From a virus (taxonomy: Duplodnaviria > Caudoviricetes), in the IMG/VR virus record IMGVR_UViG_3300020440_000010, positions 1-64,000 of that record: a DNA stretch of 64,000 nt; one strand, 5' to 3'. The first letter of the stretch is position 1. Each line of letters begins with the position of its first letter. The translations under genes were made by a program, and so were the position numbers. Positions 56,688-64,000 of this stretch are shown piece after piece. The notes under the pieces were generated by a model. That model was not told the DNA's origin and did no database searches. It saw only the letters and a program-made list of their open reading frames with translations.

Positions 56688-57224
56688 ATGTCAACACACG
56701 CAATGGTTGACCTAGAAACGTTAGGCACAAAACCAAATTGTGTAATACTAACACTAGGTGCAATTAAATTTAATCCACAATCAGACGAAGAACCTAAAGA
56801 CGGCATCTATCAAAAATTTGATGTCGACGAACAAGTTGCTCTAGGTAGATCACAGGACGATAGCACACTCGAGTGGTGGGCAAAGCAACCTAAGAATATT
56901 CAAGATGAAGCATTTACAGATGAAGGTAGAATATCACCTTTACAAGCAACAAAAGAACTAAACAAGTTTCTTGTTGGTGTTGACGTAGTATGGGCACAAG
57001 GACCTGCTTTTGATATTGTAATTTTAGAAAACTTATATCAGCAACTTGGTTTGCCGTTGCCTTGGAACTTCTGGCAAATCAGAGACAGCAGAACTTTGTT
57101 TAGTTTACTTGACAAAGATCCACGTAAAGCAATTCAACAAGAAGCACACAATGCCTTAGCAGACTGTTATTTTCAAGCAAAGTGTGTACAACAGGCATAT
57201 AAGAGAATTGGAGTGCCTGCGTGA
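56688..57224 (+). CDS. DEDD-family 3'-5' exo(ribo)nuclease
   Basis: MVDLETLG, WAQG..FD, IRD.RT, HNALADC. Confidence 0.85.
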   Translation: MSTHAMVDLETLGTKPNCVILTLGAIKFNPQSDEEPKDGIYQKFDVDEQVALGRSQDDSTLEWWAKQPKNIQDEAFTDEGRISPLQATKELNKFLVGVDVVWAQGPAFDIVILENLYQQLGLPLPWNFWQIRDSRTLFSLLDKDPRKAIQQEAHNALADCYFQAKCVQQAYKRIGVPA

Positions 57225-57796
57225 GAACAGATTATTTTGCCACACCAGTATACAAGTTTGACATTGTATATGACAACGATAAATTAGAAAACTGGATTCG
57301 TGGTATAAACAAAAATGTATCAAAGAACATACATGGTGGTTTTCAAAGTTTTGAAAAAGAAACTATGGAATACCAATTACCTTATAATTTTGCAGACTTA
57401 GAAAGTATGTTACAAGAAAAAATTAATATTGTTACAAAAGATTTAGATATAGGTGATTGTAGACTGCAAAACTATTGGGGTAATGTAAATCCTCAAGGCA
57501 GTTGTAATGATACACACAATCACCCTAATGCATTGTTAGTAGCAAATTATTATGTTAGTGCTCCTGGTAGTGATATGGGAGATCTAATTGTGCATAGAGA
57601 TGATGAAGCACAATACTATGTTTCACAGATTGCAAAAAGAAATAATATTACAGAAAGACAAATTAATATTACACCCTACACAGGTTTGTTTGTTGTGTTT
57701 CCTGGTTGGGTAAAGCATTCAGTAAACACAAACTTAAACAGTAAAGATAGAATATCAATCTCGCTCAACTACGGAAGGATTAAAAATGAGAATTGA
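57221..57796 (+). CDS. Putative 2OG-Fe(II) oxygenase (TIGR02466-like)
   Basis: WGNVN..THNHPN, FPGWVKHSV, RISISLN. Confidence 0.82.
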   Translation: MRTDYFATPVYKFDIVYDNDKLENWIRGINKNVSKNIHGGFQSFEKETMEYQLPYNFADLESMLQEKINIVTKDLDIGDCRLQNYWGNVNPQGSCNDTHNHPNALLVANYYVSAPGSDMGDLIVHRDDEAQYYVSQIAKRNNITERQINITPYTGLFVVFPGWVKHSVNTNLNSKDRISISLNYGRIKNEN

Positions 57797-58898
57797 CCAA
57801 GACATGAAACTAGATTTTAAAGACGTACTATTCAAACCTAAAAGGTCTAAACTTGAAAGTCGTAGAGATGTTGATATGCATAGAACATTTAAGTTTCATA
57901 ACAGTGGTAAAGAGTGGACTGGCATTCCTATTATGGCAAGTAATATGGACGGGGTTGGTACATTTGAAATTGCAAAAGTTTTGCAACAACATAAGATGTT
58001 GACTGTGTTAAGAAAACATTACACACAGGAAGATTGGAAAGAAGCAGTAGGCTCAGGACTTAAATTAAAATATGTTTCAGTATGCACAGGAACAGGTGTA
58101 ATATGGGATCCAGATGCTCCTGACTATGCTACAATGAAAGCAGTATTACAGAACTATCCTGATATTCCTTTTATCACAGTAGATGTAGCAAATGCCTACC
58201 ATGAAAACTTTGGAGAGTTTATTGCAAGGCTTAGAGATGAATATCCTGAGAAAACTATTATAGCAGGTAATGTCATTACTGCTGAAATGACAGAAGAACT
58301 AATTATTAGAGGTGCTGACATTGTTAAGTGTGGCATTGGTCCTGGCTCTGTGTGTACTACACGATTAATGACAGGCGTAGGAGTTCCACAACTTTCAGGT
58401 ATTATTGAATGTGCAGATGCGGCCAACGGTATCGGTGGACACATAATTGCAGATGGCGGTTGTGTATACCCCGGTGATGTAGCAAAGGCTCTTGGAGCAG
58501 GTGCACATTTTGTTATGCTTGGTGGTATGTTAGCAGGACACAAAGAAGGTGGTGGTAATGTTATTACAAAACACACTGCTACTGGTGGTGCTCACAAACT
58601 AGATAATGGCACTTATATTCCACATTTTGAAGAAAAACAGTTTGTACAGTTTTATGGAATGAGTTCAGATGCCGCAATGGAAAAGCATGGTAGCAGAAAA
58701 GATGGTTACAGAGGTGCTGAAGGCAAACTTGTTTCTATTCCTTACAAAGGAGAAGTAGAACGTACACTGACTGAAATCCTTGGAGGAGTAAGAAGTGCTT
58801 GTACGTATATAGGTGCTAAAAGGATTAAGGATATGCCTAAGTGCACCACTTTTACACGATGCACTCAGCAAGTTAATACTGTATTCGGAAACGTTTAA
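57786..58898 (+). CDS. guaC: GMP reductase
   Basis: KLDFKDVL.KPKRS.L.SR, PIMASNMD, DVANAY, KCGIGPGSVCTTR, FYGMSS..AM.KH. Confidence 0.93.
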   Translation: MRIDQDMKLDFKDVLFKPKRSKLESRRDVDMHRTFKFHNSGKEWTGIPIMASNMDGVGTFEIAKVLQQHKMLTVLRKHYTQEDWKEAVGSGLKLKYVSVCTGTGVIWDPDAPDYATMKAVLQNYPDIPFITVDVANAYHENFGEFIARLRDEYPEKTIIAGNVITAEMTEELIIRGADIVKCGIGPGSVCTTRLMTGVGVPQLSGIIECADAANGIGGHIIADGGCVYPGDVAKALGAGAHFVMLGGMLAGHKEGGGNVITKHTATGGAHKLDNGTYIPHFEEKQFVQFYGMSSDAAMEKHGSRKDGYRGAEGKLVSIPYKGEVERTLTEILGGVRSACTYIGAKRIKDMPKCTTFTRCTQQVNTVFGNV

Positions 58899-59318
58899 TT
58901 ATTTTAACCAAGCAATTTTTTCGCCGGCTTTAACTCTACGTTCTTGTTCAGCAACTGAACCAGGGAATCTCCATGCCCATATGGCTACCAATGCCATAAA
59001 GCCTCCACTCCACATTACTGCTTTAATATTCTCAGTTGTGAACCAAAGAAAGATGAGTGACGAAGCCATCACTGCAATCATTAGGTATTTTCCTTTAGTA
59101 GGAAATACTTTCTTTTGTACCCAATTGGTTAAGAATGGGCCAAAGTATTTGTGATTGTATAACCAATCGTGCATTCTCTTAGAACTCTTTGCAAAACAAT
59201 ATGCCGCAAAAACTAAGAAGATAGAAAAAGGAATTCCCGGAACAACAACACCAACGTATGCCATACCCAAGGACACAAAGCCTAATCCCATCCATATATA
59301 TTTTTTTATTTTATTCAT
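58899..59318 (-). CDS. ybaN: DUF454/YbaN-family inner-membrane protein
   Basis: LG..G.VVPGIP...FL..AAYCF.KSS.R.H.WL..H..FGP.L.NW. Confidence 0.85.
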   Translation of the reverse strand: MNKIKKYIWMGLGFVSLGMAYVGVVVPGIPFSIFLVFAAYCFAKSSKRMHDWLYNHKYFGPFLTNWVQKKVFPTKGKYLMIAVMASSLIFLWFTTENIKAVMWSGGFMALVAIWAWRFPGSVAEQERRVKAGEKIAWLK

Positions 59319-60508
59319 TTTATCTCATTCCATTTTAAAACTAGTTTTAACTTATCAACCAAATCGTCCATCATAGCATCTGAATGATTTGGTGTTGGAG
59401 TAAAACGTAGTCTTTCTGTACCTACTGCAACAGTAGGATAGTTAATAGGTTGTACATATATGCCATGTTTGTACAACAGGTCATCGGAGATATTTTTACA
59501 TTTTTTGGCATCTCCAATTATTAAAGGAACAATATGAGTAGGGTTATCCATTAATGGAAATCCTGCATCTTTAAATTTAGACTTAAGAGTATTTGCTCTT
59601 TCCATAATGGAATCTCTCAAATCTGGATGTTCCTTGACATATCTTACACTAGCCAAAGCACCAGCACATAATACTGGACTCAAACTAGTTGTAAAAATAA
59701 AAGCAGGTGCTAGTGACCTAATACCGTCTATAAAAGGCGTCTTAGACGCAATATAACCGCCCTGTACGCCGAATGCTTTCGCTAGGGTGCCGTTTACTAT
59801 GTCTATGTCCTCAACCCCCTTTAAATCGCAAATTCCACCGCCTTTTTCACCATACAAGCCTACCGCATGGACTTCATCCAAAAAGGTTAATGCTTTGTAT
59901 TTTTTGGCTAATTTTACAATTTCTTTTATTGGACTGATATCTCCGTCCATTGAATATACACTTTCAAAAACAATCATTTTGGGTCCTTTGATTGTCTTTA
60001 GATGCTTTTCAAGATCTTTTAAATCATTGTGTTTCCAAATTACTTTGTTTGCTTTTGAATGTCTTATGCCCTGTATGATCGAACTATGATTTTCACTATC
60101 ACTAATATAAGTTATATCTGGAATGAATCGTGGAATAGTTTCTAATGTAGTTTCGTTGGCATTAAAGGCACTAGTGAATAGTAGTGCCGATTCTTTGTTA
60201 TGTAATTTTGCTAATTCATGTTCAAGTGCTACATGATAATGAGTAGTACCAGATATATTTCTAGTTCCACCCGAACCTGCTCCTGATTGTTCTAGTGCAG
60301 TTTTCATTGCATCTATAACAAACTGATGCTGTCCCATACCTAAGTAATCGTTAGAACACCAATTTACAATTTTTTTGATTGCGTACTTTGAATACCATAT
60401 TGCATTTGGAAATTCGCCGCACTCTCGCAAAATATCGTTGAATACTCTATATTTGCCGTCGGCTTTAAGGCCATTTAACACCTCTTCAAATTTATCTAAA
60501 TGTTCCAT
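59315..60508 (-). CDS. hemA: 5-aminolevulinate synthase (C4/Shemin pathway)
   Basis: [78 protein letters not shown]. Confidence 0.95.
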   Translation of the reverse strand: MEHLDKFEEVLNGLKADGKYRVFNDILRECGEFPNAIWYSKYAIKKIVNWCSNDYLGMGQHQFVIDAMKTALEQSGAGSGGTRNISGTTHYHVALEHELAKLHNKESALLFTSAFNANETTLETIPRFIPDITYISDSENHSSIIQGIRHSKANKVIWKHNDLKDLEKHLKTIKGPKMIVFESVYSMDGDISPIKEIVKLAKKYKALTFLDEVHAVGLYGEKGGGICDLKGVEDIDIVNGTLAKAFGVQGGYIASKTPFIDGIRSLAPAFIFTTSLSPVLCAGALASVRYVKEHPDLRDSIMERANTLKSKFKDAGFPLMDNPTHIVPLIIGDAKKCKNISDDLLYKHGIYVQPINYPTVAVGTERLRFTPTPNHSDAMMDDLVDKLKLVLKWNEIK

Positions 60509-60696
60509 TATTATTCCAAATTATATACGCACATAATATTTAGTGATAATTTGGCAAAAAAATTACTATCTGACTCTTGTAATTTTAAAAAAAAGTATTA
60601 TATTATTAGTATGCAACAATTAAGTTGTATAAATACAAGTGTAAGATGCTTGATAGGTCTTACATTAATAACTTGCTTAATAAGGAGGACAAGAAA

Positions 60697-61149
60697 ATGA
60701 CAAACAAATCCCTATCAATTTTTAATCAACTTAGACCTGTAACAGTAGGATTCGACCCTATCTTTGATAGATTCGAAAGAATGTTTGAAGATGATTTCTT
60801 CAACGCACCTACTTTTAACAGTAACTATCCACCATACAATATTGTAAAGACAGGTGACTATACCTACAATATTGAATTGGCACTTGCTGGTTTTGGCAAA
60901 AAGGATATTGATGTAACATACGAAAATAGTATGGTAACAGTCAAATCAATCCAAGAAGCCAAATCAGAGGACAAAGAAACTGACGGTGTATTACACAGAG
61001 GTATTTCTAAAAGACAATTTACAAAGTCTTTTTCAATTGCTGATGATGTAGAAGTTAAAGGTGCTGAGTTGAAAGATGGATTGCTTTCGATCTCTCTGGA
61101 AAGAATTATTCCAGAAAGTAAAAAGGCAAGATCTATCGAAGTAAAGTAA
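60697..61149 (+). CDS. hsp20: Small heat-shock protein (Hsp20/IbpA-like)
   Basis: YPPYNI, IELALAGF, LHRGIS.R.F..F, GA.LKDGLL.I.L; start moved to MTNKSL (SD AAGGAGG). Confidence 0.93.
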   Translation: MTNKSLSIFNQLRPVTVGFDPIFDRFERMFEDDFFNAPTFNSNYPPYNIVKTGDYTYNIELALAGFGKKDIDVTYENSMVTVKSIQEAKSEDKETDGVLHRGISKRQFTKSFSIADDVEVKGAELKDGLLSISLERIIPESKKARSIEVK

Positions 61150-61158
61150 GCAAAAAGA

Positions 61159-61190
61159 TTGTTGGGGGAAATTGGACGTTTCCCCCACAA
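61159..61190 (+). terminator. Hairpin GGGGGAAA..TTTCCCCC after hsp20
   Basis: 8-bp core stem extended by TTGT/ACAA; weak U tract. Confidence 0.5.
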
Positions 61191-61251
61191 TTAACTGTTG
61201 CTTTATTTTAACTTATATGCTATATTAAATATACTAATAGGAAGGTACAAT

Positions 61252-61560
61252 ATGACAAATCCATCAACTGCAACTGTAGAAAAAGAAGCAGTAATAGACA
61301 GTATTAAAGAACCAGGTCTTTACAAGGTAGTATTTTGTAATGATAACTTAACTCCAATGGATTTTGTTGTCCAAGTTCTTCAAGATGTGTTTAGACACAG
61401 CAAAACAAAAGCAGAAGCAATTATGCTAGAAATACACAACAAGGGCGAAGGAGTCGCTGGTATATTTGTGTATGAGATAGCGGAACAGAAGGGTGTAGAA
61501 ACTACTGTGGCCGCTCGTGAACAAGGTTATCCGCTCGCAATTAAAGTCGAACCTGTCTAA
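61252..61560 (+). CDS. clpS: Clp protease adaptor ClpS
   Basis: P.LYKVVFCNDNLTPMDFVV.VL..VF, ML.IH.KG.G.AG, AR..GYPL. Confidence 0.9.
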   Translation: MTNPSTATVEKEAVIDSIKEPGLYKVVFCNDNLTPMDFVVQVLQDVFRHSKTKAEAIMLEIHNKGEGVAGIFVYEIAEQKGVETTVAAREQGYPLAIKVEPV

Positions 61561-61577
61561 GTCTTTTAAATAGTAGT

Positions 61578-62117
61578 ATGACTACTTTGAAAGAACTTAC
61601 ATGGGAACATCATAAAAACGCAGAACGTCAGGATTTTGTTAAAGTCCTAATGGGAGGATCCATAGATCCTAAACTGTATGCTACATTTTTATTCAATCAA
61701 CACCCGTGTTACAATTTATTAGAAACTATGGCTATGGGCCATGGATTGCTCAACGACATTCAAGAAATAAGAAGAGCACCACAAATTCACACAGATTTTT
61801 TAGAATTATGGAAGGACGAAAAAGAACTTCCAAAATTGCTTGATAGCACTAACAAATACATATATCATTTAAGAACTATTATGGATGATCCACACAAATT
61901 GATGGCACATATCTACGTCAGACACATGGGTGATCTAAGCGGTGGACAAATGATTAAAAAGAAAGTTCCAGGCAAAGGAACTATGTATGACTTTGAAGGT
62001 GACATACCTGCTATCAAAGATAAGATTAGAACTAAAATAGACAACACCATGGCGGAAGAAGCAAAACTTGTTTTTGATTTTGCCACTAATACATTTAAAG
62101 AATTAATGGAGATATAA
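61578..62117 (+). CDS. hemO: Heme oxygenase
   Basis: LKE.T...H..AE, AH.YVRHMGDLSGGQMI, EA...F. Confidence 0.92.
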   Translation: MTTLKELTWEHHKNAERQDFVKVLMGGSIDPKLYATFLFNQHPCYNLLETMAMGHGLLNDIQEIRRAPQIHTDFLELWKDEKELPKLLDSTNKYIYHLRTIMDDPHKLMAHIYVRHMGDLSGGQMIKKKVPGKGTMYDFEGDIPAIKDKIRTKIDNTMAEEAKLVFDFATNTFKELMEI

Positions 62118-62812
62118 TGAGTATTATTTGGGACAAACTGATTTCATGCAAAGATGAAATAATTGATATATTCGATGAGCACTGTGGAGAGATAGAAGAG
62201 CCTGGCATGAGCCAGTTTAATCAACCAGACAATGGTTGGATCAATAGAGTATGGGCAAACGCAGATGTGCGTAGGGCACACATTGATGTTGTTGATGTTA
62301 GAGAAACAAAAGGTCTTTGGATGATGCACGTCTGTTGTTTTCCTGTTCTTACAAACGATGCACCAATATATGGCTTTGATGTTATTGCAGGCAAAAATAA
62401 AATGACAGGTGCTTTTCATGATTTCTCACCAAGTGCTGGCGGAGAAGATCATCCTATGGTAGAATGGTATGTAGATGCAGTTAAAGATTTTATTCCAACC
62501 AAACAACGTAAATTACCCGAGTGGGCAACAAACATTTTCACAGAAAGCATGATTGCCGCAGGTAACGTAAGCACAGACGAAGAAGCAACTGCTATTGTGG
62601 ATCTTGCACTTAACAATCTACGTGTATGGTTTGAAAGTGTAGGTGAATACACAGGCAACAGCACAGTTGATTTTACAGCAGGATGCCAGAACTGGTACTG
62701 CCATAATCAGCAACAGAATCCACATACACCACGTGTAATGAAATCTCTAGGTTTAAAAGAAGCAGATGTAGACCTATTCTGCACCGACGCACTGTTTCCT
62801 AAAATAAAATAA
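62117..62812 (+). CDS. pcyX: Ferredoxin-dependent bilin reductase, PcyX-like
   Basis: RRAHIDVVD, WMMHVC.FP, PIYGFDVIAG, GAFHDFSP, Q..YC..Q.QNPHT; Asp57/His71/Asp88 fit the PcyX pattern; coupled to hemO. Confidence 0.8.
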   Translation: MSIIWDKLISCKDEIIDIFDEHCGEIEEPGMSQFNQPDNGWINRVWANADVRRAHIDVVDVRETKGLWMMHVCCFPVLTNDAPIYGFDVIAGKNKMTGAFHDFSPSAGGEDHPMVEWYVDAVKDFIPTKQRKLPEWATNIFTESMIAAGNVSTDEEATAIVDLALNNLRVWFESVGEYTGNSTVDFTAGCQNWYCHNQQQNPHTPRVMKSLGLKEADVDLFCTDALFPKIK

Positions 62813-62823
62813 ATAACTGTGTT

Positions 62824-64000
62824 ATGAGAGCACTAGAATTCACAAGATTAATCGAAGAGCCAGTTACTCAGCAAGATCTTGACAGAGTCCAAAGCGGAAA
62901 GCCTGTTGATCCTGAGTTAGAAAAAGCACTAGCAGATCTACAGCCTAAAGCAGAACAAGATCCTAGTGTGTTTGCTAAAGCCAAAGAAATTGTTGCAAAA
63001 TATCTAAAGCAACTACAACAGGTTGCTAAAACAGAATCAGCAGAAGTATTAGAAGATAATCCAACACCTGTGGTACAAGGTGGTATAAGAAGTATCAGTT
63101 CTGAAATTACTCAACAGTATGATAGATTCGAAGCGATTGTTAACCAAAGAATCTTGGATCTAGGTTTAGATATGCAGGATGATAAGGTTAAAACTATTAG
63201 AGACATGATGTTGAGAGACATTAGAGATCTAAGTGCAAGACGTGTTGAAAAAGGTCGTGACGAAGGACGTGAAGAAGCAAGAAAAGAATCACAAAAAGCA
63301 ATTCAGACACTTAACAGCGAAATGAAAATACTTGCAAAAAAAGTAGCAAACTACATTGATCCTGATGATGGAGTAAAATACAACAGCAAAGAAAAGAAGA
63401 AACAAGCAAATGCTTTAAAAGCCTTAGAAGGTTTGAAAAGTGGTTTGTTGGCTTTGTTCTTTAATAAAGTTTATTTGGAAGGGCAATTAACTGAAGAACA
63501 GGTAATCAATTTTGTTAAGGATTGTGTTGCTGGCAATGTTCTTAATATGCCTAGATTAATTAAAGCAAAACAAGGTGTAATTGATGATTATGTAGTTAAG
63601 CACAAAGATGTTTATGATGTAGTTGTACAAGACCTAATTAACTTCAAAGGTGAAGCAGGAACAGGTGGTGCATTAGGACCAGCAGAAATTTTATTAAGTG
63701 CAATTGGTTCACCTGTATCAACAGGCACAGGCGGAGTCAAAGGAGACCTTGCTGTAAAAATGGACGGAACTACTGTTGGAGTTGAGGTGAAGGCCGGTTC
63801 ACAAGCAAAAACCAGTGGTGCTAGATTAAATGGCACAGCGATTCAAGACGGCAAAGGTGCGTTAGCAAATTTCAAAAAACTTTATGCTGACCTAGGAATT
63901 ACCGTAGAAGATCTTGATAAAGGATCATATACAATAAGTGAACAAAAACTAAAAATACTTAATGAAAAGTTAGCAACATTTGATAATGAAAAATTAAATC
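62824..64000 (+). CDS. Large hypothetical protein, 3'-truncated (MRALEFTRLIEE...)
   Basis: TAAATA upstream; the frame appears open to the window end; omitted by the track because it has no stop. Confidence 0.75.
   Translation, partial: MRALEFTRLIEEPVTQQDLDRVQSGKPVDPELEKALADLQPKAEQDPSVFAKAKEIVAKYLKQLQQVAKTESAEVLEDNPTPVVQGGIRSISSEITQQYDRFEAIVNQRILDLGLDMQDDKVKTIRDMMLRDIRDLSARRVEKGRDEGREEARKESQKAIQTLNSEMKILAKKVANYIDPDDGVKYNSKEKKKQANALKALEGLKSGLLALFFNKVYLEGQLTEEQVINFVKDCVAGNVLNMPRLIKAKQGVIDDYVVKHKDVYDVVVQDLINFKGEAGTGGALGPAEILLSAIGSPVSTGTGGVKGDLAVKMDGTTVGVEVKAGSQAKTSGARLNGTAIQDGKGALANFKKLYADLGITVEDLDKGSYTISEQKLKILNEKLATFDNEKLN

Noticed and set aside
1-64000. Stop-codon reassignment, as in some large phages
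   Set aside because: Conserved genes are full length under the standard code and end in TAA, TGA and TAG.

Overview
This is an AT-rich, densely coded, mostly + strand segment of a large tailed dsDNA phage genome, probably a marine myovirus. Support: PAAR protein, tail-fibre-like proteins, ATP-dependent DNA ligase, class Ia RNR with glutaredoxin, and T4-late-like TATAAATA/TAAATA promoters. An alphaproteobacterial host is inferred from a circularly permuted two-piece tmRNA with a GGCGGUA T-loop and ANDNF... tag, a Shemin-pathway hemA, and an alpha-type PqqA peptide. Main content: (1) a ~19 kb tailoring-enzyme island (9.2-27.9 kb) with 4 SPASM-type radical SAM enzymes, 3 flavin-dependent halogenase-like proteins, ~9 2OG-Fe(II)/cupin oxygenases and a candidate substrate ending CHSSCHSNCHASRGRR; (2) a stand-alone 25-aa pqqA ORF missed by the ORF track; (3) a structured, repeat-hairpin RNA leader on a minus-strand small-ORF operon; (4) a host-takeover set (tmRNA, ClpX, ClpS, Hsp20, bS21, GuaC, lipase) and a heme-to-bilin module (hemA, hemO, pcyX); (5) a structural block whose proteins share an N-terminal M[RK]xxE[LF]..E motif. 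All family calls come from motif recognition by eye; no database searches were run.
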